The notes under the pieces are model-generated. The model was given only the letters and a program-made list of their open reading frames with translations. It searched no databases and was not told the DNA's origin. A program made the position numbers and the translations under genes. Positions 1 through 9,172 of a DNA stretch of 64,000 bases are shown here, in pieces. The DNA comes from a virus (Duplodnaviria; Caudoviricetes): the IMG/VR virus record IMGVR_UViG_3300029288_000072, positions 1-64,000 of that record; one strand, 5' to 3'. Numbering within the stretch: position 1 is the first letter of the stretch; the number at the start of each line of letters is the position of its first letter.

Positions 1-172
1 AAGGGCCAAGTTTACGACCTAACCTCTTTTCAATACAACTGATACACAAAAATCCACGTTCATTATTATGGACTTTATACCATATTTCATTTTTCAGAAA
101 AAAATGTTCCCCAATTGTGGCAGTAGAAACTCCACAATCTAAACAGGGTTTAAGTTTATCTCTCTTTTTCAT
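1..172 (-). CDS. Small Cys-rich (CxxC...CxxC) phage protein, partial, runs off the left edge
   Basis: Manual translation MKKRDKLKPCLDCGVST...FLCISCIEKRLGRKLG; ATG lies 6 nt after a TTGACA-N15-TATAAT promoter. Confidence 0.7.
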   Translation of the reverse strand, partial: MKKRDKLKPCLDCGVSTATIGEHFFLKNEIWYKVHNNERGFLCISCIEKRLGRKLGP

Positions 173-205
173 AATATTATTATATGAGTATAAATGATTT
201 GTCAA

Positions 206-793
206 CTAGAAAGTATATCCGATTTCAGCAAACCATCCGATAGTATCCATACTGGCATTGATATGCTCCCGACCACCATTACTAATATGAGAGTATTCAA
301 CACCAAAACGAGTGTAAAAATCATTATAGTCAATCAGAATACCCAATTGGAAAAAGCCAGAATAGTTAACCCGAGACATTTCTTCCCGTTCTTCAATAGT
401 ATAACTATCTACAAGAACAGTATAAGTATTAATAGTCTCAAACTCATGGATTGTCTGAGGCTGACTTAAAAACATCAATCTCTCATCATTCCAAATAATA
501 GCACCACCTAACCCAACAAAAGGCTTAATATTCTTAAGACCAATATTACCATAAATCCGAACAATGGCCCTAGCTTCAATACCATCAATATTATTAATCT
601 CACACGATCCTAAACCAATACTAAAAGAAACAGGAGTATTTTCTTTTATAGTCATTATATCCAACATTACTCCCATACGAGTAACATCAACATCAAACTT
701 ACCATCATACATAGAATCGCTCATATAGGTTGAAACACCAAACTCAACCGCAACCACAGGAACAACCATAGCCATGAGGATTGCAAAGCGCAT
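206..793 (-). CDS. PagL-like (lipid A 3-O-deacylase family) outer-membrane beta-barrel protein
   Basis: Start re-called at 793 (AAGGAG SD, signal peptide MRFAILMAMVVPVVA); HISNGG matches the PagL H-x-S-N motif; C-terminal beta-signal ...IGYTF. Confidence 0.65.
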   Translation of the reverse strand: MRFAILMAMVVPVVAVEFGVSTYMSDSMYDGKFDVDVTRMGVMLDIMTIKENTPVSFSIGLGSCEINNIDGIEARAIVRIYGNIGLKNIKPFVGLGGAIIWNDERLMFLSQPQTIHEFETINTYTVLVDSYTIEEREEMSRVNYSGFFQLGILIDYNDFYTRFGVEYSHISNGGREHINASMDTIGWFAEIGYTF

Positions 794-913
794 CTCTATC
801 TCCTTATGCCTACAATTATATAAACCAATCCACCTATTGCAACACCTATTTACACTCATTTTGTTCTTTACATTCATCCTAAACATGATAATAAAAGTTT
901 AATTAGTTTAAAA

Positions 914-1138
914 TCATTTATTCAAATAATAATCATATGCTTCTTGATGTTTGTAAACTGGTAGTTGATGATGATTTAGTAGTGAGAAAAAATAAAACTT
1001 TTTCTCTGCATCATTTCTACCATGTTTTTCTGCATACGTTATTGCTAGGTTAATAATTTGTAGTTCAACTGAGTTTAAAGTAATTGGAATATATATTCCT
1101 GGGTCCATCATCCAGTGAATTGTTTTAAATGTAATCAT
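914..1138 (-). CDS. hypothetical protein
   Basis: ORF with AAAGGAA SD before MITFK. Confidence 0.6.
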   Translation of the reverse strand: MITFKTIHWMMDPGIYIPITLNSVELQIINLAITYAEKHGRNDAEKKFYFFSLLNHHQLPVYKHQEAYDYYLNK

Positions 1139-1152
1139 TTTAATTCCTTTTG

Positions 1153-1377
1153 TAAAAAGAACCACGCCAGTACCCACTAATAGGATACTGGCGTGGGTCT
1201 ACCCCCTGCAAGGGGTTGGGTTACTCCACGGTTGCAGCCGCTTTTTTCACCCTGGGGAGCTTATTTCCCCTTTAGCTTTGGTGACTCGCCCATATCAATC
1301 CTGGTTAGAAGGAGGAGGTAGATATGTCGGCACATGGGGCCGGGGCAGTAGGTTAGGCTACCTTCCCTGGGGTCGTC
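1153..1377 (-). ncRNA. Putative structured small RNA 1
   Basis: Own promoter (1384-1411), GC-rich hairpins, intrinsic terminator 1153-1197, no SD-led ORF on this strand. Confidence 0.55.
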
Positions 1378-1415
1378 TCGTATATTATATCAAAGAGTGT
1401 TCGCTTGTCAAGAGG

Positions 1416-1574
1416 TTACTTTACTTCTGGATCAAGAAAGAAATCGACCCATGTCATTTGACTACCATGCTTCTTTTGGTAGATATTAAATTGCTTATTA
1501 ATTAATAGATAAGCAAGTAAGGCGATCATCATACCAAACATAATGGTGAAAATAACCTTAATAATAGACTTCAT
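1416..1574 (-). CDS. small membrane protein
   Basis: AAGGAA SD, hydrophobic N-terminal helix. Confidence 0.6.
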   Translation of the reverse strand: MKSIIKVIFTIMFGMMIALLAYLLINKQFNIYQKKHGSQMTWVDFFLDPEVK

Positions 1575-1584
1575 TTTGTTTTCC

Positions 1585-1782
1585 TTAAAGTGGCAAGCGT
1601 TCAGCAATAGCAGTTTCAATATAATCAAGCGTTGCGGAAATAATAATATTACCATCCTTATCAACCAAATTAGCGTAAATAAAATGAGACCGATTGCCCT
1701 TTCCACGACGAATGTTTACAATCGTACACCCAACATAATCTTGAATAGGATTAATTGGATGTGGGTATGTTTTCACACTCAT
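1585..1782 (-). CDS. hypothetical protein
   Basis: Promoter and AAGGAG SD. Confidence 0.7.
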   Translation of the reverse strand: MSVKTYPHPINPIQDYVGCTIVNIRRGKGNRSHFIYANLVDKDGNIIISATLDYIETAIAERLPL

Positions 1783-1835
1783 GGGGTTCTCCTTTTATGA
1801 GAATCATTATATAGAGTATTTGTCAATGTCAAATC

Positions 1836-2048
1836 TTAAACTGCAATTCCCTTTTCGTCTGCATATTGACGAAGTTTTGAAACTTTATCATTCATAGCAT
1901 GATCATCATTAGCCATTGCATACCCAACAACCCGACCACATGCAAAAATTGCTACATTACTACTTGAAACAGATTTAAACCTAACATGCTCATCAATTCT
2001 GATATATGCAATATTTATCAAAGAATTAAAATCTGCATCGGTGGTCAT
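1836..2048 (-). CDS. hypothetical protein
   Basis: Promoter and AAGGGG SD. Confidence 0.7.
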   Translation of the reverse strand: MTTDADFNSLINIAYIRIDEHVRFKSVSSSNVAIFACGRVVGYAMANDDHAMNDKVSKLRQYADEKGIAV

Positions 2049-2084
2049 GTTTATCCCCTTGTAAGAATCATTATATGGATTGAA

Positions 2085-2285
2085 TCAGTCTGTCAAGCTA
2101 CAACCACAACAGGGACAATAATTAAAACGAATATAAACATCCGGTTCATTATGGGAATAAACCTTGGGATTATAGAAAATCCCATCCTCATTAATACTCA
2201 AACTTTCATCATCACCAACCGGATTATTAAGATATAAAGAAAAACTCTTACCAACAAACTCACAACCATCTGCATGCTTACTCAT
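2085..2285 (-). CDS. small Cys-containing protein (FNYCPCCG)
   Basis: Promoter and AGGAG SD. Confidence 0.65.
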   Translation of the reverse strand: MSKHADGCEFVGKSFSLYLNNPVGDDESLSINEDGIFYNPKVYSHNEPDVYIRFNYCPCCGCSLTD

Positions 2286-2435
2286 TCGTTTCTCCTGCAA
2301 TCATTATATGCCAATCAAATCAATTGCAACCACAAAATATTTTACACTCATCATAAACAATTTTGTTCTTTACATTCATCCTAACCATGATAATGAGTCT
2401 AAACTATTGTAAACTAATGAGTTAGTAAATGAGTA

Positions 2436-2661
2436 TAAAAAGAACCGCCCTTCCTATTCTTTTAGGAAGGACGGTTTCTACAATCCTGCCAGATTGTTAC
2501 CCATGATTAGGTTGGCAGTCCTAATCTTGGCTGATGATGATATATTCCTTGGGGGGCGCTAGCCAACAAAAGCCGTATACCCCTGTAAAATATATTCTCA
2601 TCTTTAGGGGTCGGTATTCCCGAATATGTCCCCTTTTGTGCAGAGGGTTGCTGCCCTCATA
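2436..2661 (-). ncRNA. Putative structured small RNA 2 (kissing-loop pair)
   Basis: Own promoter (2668-2694), terminator 2436-2478, two hairpins with complementary loops CUGCCA/UGGCAG. Confidence 0.65.
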
Positions 2662-2673
2662 TGCTATATTATA

Positions 2674-3051
2674 TCAAGTCTTTACGATTGTCAAGGGTTT
2701 CTTATAGCGAGCCAACACCCTTTCTCTCCAAGTCTTTGAGTATTCTCCCATAGGTGCAGTAAGATTCTTGAGAAACTTTTTAGGACAATCCCAATAGTAT
2801 GGACCCATATCCTCACTTAGAGGCTTATATCCAACTTGGCCCTTTGCAGAAAACAACAGGTCAAGATGAATATATCGGTCCATCTTATCACCTACAGTGA
2901 CTTCCATTTGCTTCCACAGACGGTTTCCACGGAGGGAAAACATCAAGCACTTGACATGGACCGGAATACCGGCTGGATTGATATGAGATTCATCCTTGGT
3001 CAATTCCCGAATCAGATTCTCACGGGTTCCAGGCTGATAGTAGGTTCCCAT
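2674..3051 (-). CDS. conserved mobile-element protein (resembles DUF6927)
   Basis: GYKPLSEDMGPYYWDCP motif and WRERV. Confidence 0.55.
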   Translation of the reverse strand: MGTYYQPGTRENLIRELTKDESHINPAGIPVHVKCLMFSLRGNRLWKQMEVTVGDKMDRYIHLDLLFSAKGQVGYKPLSEDMGPYYWDCPKKFLKNLTAPMGEYSKTWRERVLARYKKPLTIVKT

Positions 3052-3094
3052 CGTTTCCCCTTGTGAGAATGATTATATGGATTGGATAAGAATG

Positions 3095-3289
3095 TCAAAT
3101 GAACTTTTCAATCGTCTTAACCTTGCCACACTTGGAGCAAGTAAGAACAATAACTATCTTCTTACGAGTAAGTTCGTACATATCACATGCACGCATTGGA
3201 CCTTTATATCCAACCTTCCTCATATGTTCAACTACACTTTCCCCAATATTTTCAGAAACCTTATTCCACTGATGCTTGCAGAAAAACAT
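3095..3289 (-). CDS. small Zn-binding protein
   Basis: CKHQW...CSKCG; promoter and SD. Confidence 0.65.
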   Translation of the reverse strand: MFFCKHQWNKVSENIGESVVEHMRKVGYKGPMRACDMYELTRKKIVIVLTCSKCGKVKTIEKFI

Positions 3290-3333
3290 GACGGTCTCCT
3301 TATGCTAATGATTATATGGATTGGATAAGAATG

Positions 3334-3573
3334 TCAACCACGAATCAGAGGCATAACAGCAAGAACGATCCACCAAATACCAAACACTACACTGGAAACT
3401 CCACCAAGGAAACTCATAATCATACAAACAATATGACCAGTAAAAATATTACTTGTCTTGCTAAAATCCATATTCTTTGAAATATTGTTAAACCCAATTG
3501 CCATATTCAAGAAACAGAAAATAATAGAAAACACAAAAACACCTAGACTAATAAAAAACAGAATGGGAATCAT
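3334..3573 (-). CDS. two-TM membrane protein
   Basis: Two hydrophobic helices; promoter and SD. Confidence 0.7.
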   Translation of the reverse strand: MIPILFFISLGVFVFSIIFCFLNMAIGFNNISKNMDFSKTSNIFTGHIVCMIMSFLGGVSSVVFGIWWIVLAVMPLIRG

Positions 3574-3619
3574 GGTATATTCTCCTTGTAAGAATGATTA
3601 TATATGAGTTTAAACCCTG

Positions 3620-3811
3620 TCAACCCCTATTTTTCAGTTCCATACAACAATAATGAATCTCATCCTCATAATATCCATAATTAGGATTTTCAGGATAAGC
3701 GTTAATAGCTTCCCGTGCATCCTTAATAATAAACCGCAATTGTTCAACACTTTTATTCTTGAGAGACTTCATATATTCCGAATGATTCATCACCTTAGTA
3801 GGATGACCCAT
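3620..3811 (-). CDS. hypothetical protein
   Basis: Start re-called after promoter and SD. Confidence 0.7.
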   Translation of the reverse strand: MGHPTKVMNHSEYMKSLKNKSVEQLRFIIKDAREAINAYPENPNYGYYEDEIHYCCMELKNRG

Positions 3812-3855
3812 GTCTTTCCCCTTGTAAGAATCATTATATGAGTGTTCCACCGTTG

Positions 3856-4035
3856 TCAATAGCGACTTTGACTATGCTCATTGTGATCCGCATTGCCATA
3901 ATCCCAACGTTCTGCCCCTAGTTCCTTCGCCTTTTTAATAATAACAGCATGCTTATTGCCATCATAATTAGTCCAGGTATGCCATACCAATCGCCCACTA
4001 ATGTAAAATGCAGCCTTAGTCCTATATGCTATCAT
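3856..4035 (-). CDS. hypothetical protein
   Basis: Start re-called after promoter and SD. Confidence 0.65.
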   Translation of the reverse strand: MIAYRTKAAFYISGRLVWHTWTNYDGNKHAVIIKKAKELGAERWDYGNADHNEHSQSRY

Positions 4036-4137
4036 GCTTGTCCCCTTGTGCCATACAGTATATGCATCATGAACACTTGTCAACCCCTAGGATTTCCCTT
4101 TACATCCATCACAAACATGATATACGAAAAATGAGTG

Positions 4138-4303
4138 TAAAAATATACCGGATTTCTCCGGTATAAATCCCCCTCTAGTATATCAGGGAGTCGGGGCACG
4201 TACTCGCTTTCGCCGCCCTTTCGCTAGTAGATGGTGTTCTACTAACTACCGCAAACGACCTACCGGCTAAATAAAAGCCGCGCACTCGCTATTCGTTTGC
4301 TAC
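4138..4303 (-). ncRNA. Putative structured small RNA 3
   Basis: Own promoter (4310-4337); stems GCAAACGA/UCGUUUGC, CGGCU/AGCCG, UAGUAGA/UCUACUA; terminator 4138-4165; no ORF. Confidence 0.6.
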
Positions 4304-4333
4304 ACTTGTATTATATTGTCAATGATGCGCTTG

Positions 4334-4495
4334 TCAAGGACAATGAACAATAATACACTTGATAATATAAGCAAAAGCGCAAATACCTGCCACAATCAGA
4401 CTAGAAGAAAGAATACCACCTAGTCCGTTGCGGGGAATGCAAACAAATACCCCCAATGTGGCAAAAATCAGAGAAAGAATAATTAGAGCAATCAT
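4334..4495 (-). CDS. small membrane protein
   Basis: Two hydrophobic segments; promoter and SD. Confidence 0.65.
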   Translation of the reverse strand: MIALIILSLIFATLGVFVCIPRNGLGGILSSSLIVAGICAFAYIIKCIIVHCP

Positions 4496-4539
4496 TGTTG
4501 TCTCCTTGTGTGATTGATTATATTGGTTTCCAGCCCTTG

Positions 4540-4902
4540 TCAATACTCACTTGCCAGCATCAACACCCCATCAGTATAAAAGAACTTGATTTCATTTACG
4601 GACAAATCAGTGGCATCATATTCCTGACGATACAGAACCTTACAATCACCATCTTCGTAGGTCATAATCGCACGACGATCCTTCGTCACGTTCACCTTGA
4701 CGCAAACAAAGTCTTGACTCTTGACATTCTTGTGATGCGTCAGGACCGCCAGCATGTCAGTAATAACCCAACCAGCATGCTTGTGGACAAACTGAACGCC
4801 ATCCGTGTACCGAATATTCCGATACATCGGATGATAAAACATATTCTCCGATCCGAAAAACCCCGAAAGGTCCGCATCGGTGAATCGCTTGTTGCTCTCC
4901 AT
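4540..4902 (-). CDS. DUF6876-like protein
   Basis: YTDGV...AGW...TDL...EIKFF...VLMLASEY pattern. Confidence 0.6.
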   Translation of the reverse strand: MESNKRFTDADLSGFFGSENMFYHPMYRNIRYTDGVQFVHKHAGWVITDMLAVLTHHKNVKSQDFVCVKVNVTKDRRAIMTYEDGDCKVLYRQEYDATDLSVNEIKFFYTDGVLMLASEY

Positions 4903-5057
4903 GTTTGTCCCCTTGTGTCTCTCATTATATGAACCAAACAAGCAAATCAACCTAATTCTTTACACTCATTTTGTTCTTTACATCCATCACAAACATGATA
5001 TTGCACAAATGAATGTAAAATAAAAGGATAGGTATTAACCTACCCTTTTATGATTGT

Positions 5058-5399
5058 TCAATGTTCACAGACCATTATACTGCATTTTGTAGTCCACTTA
5101 GGATACTTTTTAAATCCACCCATTATATGAATGCTAATATGTAAATTACACGATTCAACATAATGACTTCGTTGAAAAATATTACTATCAAATAAATACG
5201 CATCTTTTAAATCATTAATTAGGTAGCAAATCTGATTTCTCCACTCGTTAAACGATACAATATGTCCATTATTATGCTTACGCAATTCCACCCATGCCTT
5301 GTAGAGATTGTATCCCTCTCCATCTTCCCAATTCAACGTGCGAATCTTTTCCTTAAACTCATTGATAGCATCAATAGCAACCAACCGGATGGGACGCAT
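5058..5399 (-). CDS. hypothetical protein
   Basis: Promoter, SD and terminator. Confidence 0.7.
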   Translation of the reverse strand: MRPIRLVAIDAINEFKEKIRTLNWEDGEGYNLYKAWVELRKHNNGHIVSFNEWRNQICYLINDLKDAYLFDSNIFQRSHYVESCNLHISIHIMGGFKKYPKWTTKCSIMVCEH

Positions 5400-5590
5400 G
5401 GTTGTCTCCTTGTGCCTCTCATTATATGAACCTCACAAGCAAATCAACCTATTTCTTCCCCTCTCATCCCCACTATTGACATCCATCAGAAACATGATAA
5501 TGAGTCTAAACTATTGTAAATATTATAGTAATAAAAAAATCCCCTAGTATTTCTACTAGGGGATACTCCGCTCCACTTCCTACTGGAAGA

Positions 5591-5836
5591 TTAGTAATCG
5601 TCTTCTGGATCATACTTTCCACGGGGCTTGGAACGAGGGCCATGCACCACTTCCATATGCTCCCGCCGGTATTCCTCCATCGCCACGGCAAGGATATGCC
5701 GCTTGTCACCCTCTGAAATATCACCACAATAGTCGGTGATGACTTCTCGCTCATTCTTGAACCCTGACCCCTTGGGATCATCCCAATAGTCAAAGAGGTT
5801 GTCAATCAGAGCATCGTCAATAGTCATGGTGGTCAT
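5591..5836 (-). CDS. acidic hypothetical protein
   Basis: SD AAGGGAG; terminator at 5540-5563. Confidence 0.65.
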   Translation of the reverse strand: MTTMTIDDALIDNLFDYWDDPKGSGFKNEREVITDYCGDISEGDKRHILAVAMEEYRREHMEVVHGPRSKPRGKYDPEDDY

Positions 5837-5881
5837 TTTCTCCCTTTCTAGGAGGATTTGTTATGCGTTTGATTATATGAC

Positions 5882-6085
5882 CTAGTGTAAATTGTCAAGT
5901 AGTATTTCCTGTCGTCTTGCCATTCTGATCCAAGTTCTTGCCATCCAACGATTTAGTATTTCATCAGCAATTTTTCCACACAAATCAGGAGCAATCGACT
6001 TGCGCCACCGATTCTTGAAAAGAGTCAATGCATATGAACGTTGTAAAGGTATTGAAACTAACTCACTATCTATAATTCTTGCCAT
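5882..6085 (-). CDS. hypothetical protein
   Basis: Promoter and SD. Confidence 0.65.
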   Translation of the reverse strand: MARIIDSELVSIPLQRSYALTLFKNRWRKSIAPDLCGKIADEILNRWMARTWIRMARRQEILLDNLH

Positions 6086-6156
6086 GTTTGTTTCCTTGCT
6101 CCATACATTATATACCTACAATATACAAATCAATATATTTTTAAACTCGTTTAATA

Positions 6157-6558
6157 TCAATACCAGTGTATTTTATTTTTTTGTTCAATTCTATAACCAC
6201 TATCATGCATTATATCTCTAGTTGATGAAATATTCTTAAAAAGATTCCATACTTCAAGGTTAGTTTGATCTAATGTTTGGATAAACGCCCATAGTTTTTC
6301 ATCATAAGGAAGAATAATTCCACCAGGAATTATCCTTTTACCATTTACATCAAATACTGGTTTTACACTATCATAAAAAAACTCACCATCAATTAACTTA
6401 GCAACTACAGGAGGAGAATCTTTTTCATTATCAATTAGAATAAAAAGATTTCCAATCTTTTTTGTCCACACAGGTTCCCAATTATGTCTAATAGTTTCAA
6501 CATAAATATTAGGAGTCTTAAATAATTTTTTCCACAATTCTTTGAGGAACATGTTCAC
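6157..6558 (-). CDS. hypothetical protein
   Basis: Promoter and GGAG SD. Confidence 0.7.
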   Translation of the reverse strand: MNMFLKELWKKLFKTPNIYVETIRHNWEPVWTKKIGNLFILIDNEKDSPPVVAKLIDGEFFYDSVKPVFDVNGKRIIPGGIILPYDEKLWAFIQTLDQTNLEVWNLFKNISSTRDIMHDSGYRIEQKNKIHWY

Positions 6559-6665
6559 TCCCGTATGATAACCATTATATACTGATTATACACAAATCAA
6601 CCGGTTTCTTTATACTTGACATCCATCAGAAACATGATAATGAGTTTAAATTTATTAAATGAGTA

Positions 6666-6924
6666 TAAAAAATAAACCCCAAGGATCATAACTCCTTGGG
6701 GTCTATACCCTTACGCTCAAACGCATCTATGGGGCGAACCCCTCCGCTCGCGTAGCCGATTAGGGAATAAGTGACGACTTCGGAGGAATCTGGCAACCTT
6801 CCTAGTCATCCGTGGCTTACGGTTCCACGATCCGTATTTAGGTCACTTTCAAGATTAAAGCCTTTATTAATATATTCACTTCTGCATAACTAACTCCTTT
6901 ATTCATGGGTGATATGCTTGTTGA
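6666..6924 (-). ncRNA. Putative structured small RNA 4 (pseudoknot; MQK minigene)
   Basis: Own promoter (6931-6958), H-type pseudoknot at 6811-6836, terminator 6666-6702. Confidence 0.6.
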
Positions 6925-6954
6925 GCCTACATTATATCTACCACTTTACACTTG

Positions 6955-7173
6955 TCAAGATGGTTTGTTATCCTTCTCAAACCCATATTCAATAATCCCT
7001 AATTTTTGGTCTGCATCATCTTCTGCCGCTTCTTCAGTTGGAAAAGGGCCATCCGTAAAATCTTCATCAGGATAAACACCCATATTATCCTGCCACCAAT
7101 AAGAGGCAGAAAAATTACCCCAATAATAACCATCCTCAAACTTACGAACAACTACAAAGTTGTCAGCACTCAT
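6955..7173 (-). CDS. acidic hypothetical protein
   Basis: AAGGA SD. Confidence 0.7.
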   Translation of the reverse strand: MSADNFVVVRKFEDGYYWGNFSASYWWQDNMGVYPDEDFTDGPFPTEEAAEDDADQKLGIIEYGFEKDNKPS

Positions 7174-7175
7174 GT

Positions 7176-7403
7176 TTATTCCTTATTATTATAAAAAATT
7201 ATACCATCAAGTTTACTAATACCATTAGGAGGAGTAACACTAATATTATCAACATTAACCTTTTTAAGGAAACATTTATCAATTAAATAATCTACAATCT
7301 GAAACATCTCTGGAATATAACCATGCTCACCACGATAATGAATGGTGACATTTCCGTTTTTTGTCTTATTATGACTATTGACTAACGGAAAAAACGCAGG
7401 CAT
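7176..7403 (-). CDS. hypothetical protein
   Basis: Promoter and SD. Confidence 0.65.
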   Translation of the reverse strand: MPAFFPLVNSHNKTKNGNVTIHYRGEHGYIPEMFQIVDYLIDKCFLKKVNVDNISVTPPNGISKLDGIIFYNNKE

Positions 7404-7435
7404 GTTTTATTCCTTTTCACTCATTATATTTACAC

Positions 7436-7657
7436 TCATTTCAAGTCAAGTAAAATACAATCAGCACAAATACCTTTTGCTTCCCGATCAATATGATTAA
7501 TTAATACACAATCTTCTTGTGCCTTAGTTCCCGGTTTCAAGGTGATAGGACTATAATGAACTACCGGAATATTATCAAACGTGTTTAAAATAATAGGATA
7601 TGCAGAACCCCAATTATTAATATCCTGACCCTTAGTAATCAAATGATATGTTTTCAT
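7436..7657 (-). CDS. hypothetical protein (probably leaderless)
   Basis: ATG 7 nt after TATAAT. Confidence 0.55.
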   Translation of the reverse strand: MKTYHLITKGQDINNWGSAYPIILNTFDNIPVVHYSPITLKPGTKAQEDCVLINHIDREAKGICADCILLDLK

Positions 7658-7692
7658 TTGTTCCATTATATGTTCCTTAAAACACTTGTCAA

Positions 7693-7950
7693 TTATCGCT
7701 TAGGATTATTCTGCTCTAATTCCCTAATCCTTGCCCTAAGTCTAACACTTTCTAACAACATTTGATTATATGCGTCAAGCATCCTTTTATCCGGATTAGT
7801 ATTTACAACCTTTTCAACATATTCCTTCTTAACTACTTCTTTAATAGGTGCATTCTTCTTACCATAATATGCACCAGCTATAAATGAAATGGTCACATAG
7901 ACCACCGTAATAATAGCATACTGACAAATTATTTTGCTGTCGTATCTCAT
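7693..7950 (-). CDS. membrane-anchored coiled-coil protein (probably leaderless)
   Basis: TM helix followed by coiled coil; ATG 7 nt after TATAAT. Confidence 0.6.
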   Translation of the reverse strand: MRYDSKIICQYAIITVVYVTISFIAGAYYGKKNAPIKEVVKKEYVEKVVNTNPDKRMLDAYNQMLLESVRLRARIRELEQNNPKR

Positions 7951-8103
7951 GCAAATCATTATATCATCCTAAATACCTTTGCAATCACTTTCTTACTACT
8001 TGACATCCATCATAAACATGATATAGACAAAATGAGTGTAAAAACTAATAGGTTAGTAAATGAGTATAAAAATTAAAGGGGCAGTTTTGCCCCTTTAATC
8101 TGT

Positions 8104-8469
8104 CTAGAAGTTATAGTCATAAAACTTATAGGCAACACCCATCAGAAAGGGAGTACCCTTCATCGCCCAACCACGCTTGGTCAGACGAATCTTGGTCTTG
8201 ACCGGATTGGCAGGAATCGCCAGATCATACTCCAATTCCCTCTGGTTTGTGCAATGAGCACAGAACCCACCAGGAACAAACTCTGGCTTGATCGTCTCAC
8301 ATAAAGTCGATTCCAGGGGAATCACGGTGGCAGTCTTGCCACTCTTAGAAACCTCCACCACCATGTACGGATGGCGATCCGTGTACCCGCAATAGGTACA
8401 ACCGAGACCAGGAACCGCCGCCAGGGTGCGGCTGGGGTTGGGGTCAGTCTTGGTCGGGTTAGTCGGCAT
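8104..8469 (-). CDS. phage hypothetical protein
   Basis: Promoter, AAGGAGG SD and terminator. Confidence 0.75.
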   Translation of the reverse strand: MPTNPTKTDPNPSRTLAAVPGLGCTYCGYTDRHPYMVVEVSKSGKTATVIPLESTLCETIKPEFVPGGFCAHCTNQRELEYDLAIPANPVKTKIRLTKRGWAMKGTPFLMGVAYKFYDYNF

Positions 8470-8623
8470 GTCTGCCTCCTTGTACGACTAATTATATGCT
8501 CTTTCCAATCCTGTCAATCCCCCAACTTTTGTATAACCTTCCACCGATTTCCGTTTACATCCATCCCCAACATGATATAAACCTACTACTTCAATAGTAA
8601 ATGAGTATAAAAATAAATGGTCC

Positions 8624-9004
8624 TTATGGACCATTTACCACCACCCGATACAACTGCCTTGCATACTTGGGCATCTTCCGATGCAAGAGAGCCATACCCT
8701 TCGGACCCAGCGGAGTCGCGTACAATAGCGTTTTTCCGGCTGCATGTGCATTCCAATGAGAAATGATGCGCTGGGCTAGGATCGACAATATCTTTGCGTC
8801 TACACCCGAAAAACCAACCCCATTGTAATCAACTGTCGCTTCCTTTGATACTTCCTCCATAGTCTGAAACTGAAACACACGAACACACCCCTGCATCGCC
8901 CATTTAGAATCGTTCGCTAACTTATTCTTAATAAAACTAATAGCCTCCTTCTGGCTCATCGCCAAAATGCGGTCCCTAATAGCGGCTTTACGTTCGTTGC
9001 TCAT
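8624..9004 (-). CDS. phage hypothetical protein (QT..E...NGVGF.G.DA motif)
   Basis: Promoter, leaderless start. Confidence 0.75.
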   Translation of the reverse strand: MSNERKAAIRDRILAMSQKEAISFIKNKLANDSKWAMQGCVRVFQFQTMEEVSKEATVDYNGVGFSGVDAKILSILAQRIISHWNAHAAGKTLLYATPLGPKGMALLHRKMPKYARQLYRVVVNGP

Positions 9005-9172
9005 ATCAAACTATTGTATAACCATCCTACTCATGTCAAGATCCTAAATCATCCTTGACATTCTTAAATACCATGATAACTACCTCAATGAGTTTAAAAA
9101 AACTAATACATTAGTAAATGAGTGTAAAAACTAACCCCCTCCAAGTTTCCTTGGAAGGGGTGACAATCTTTG

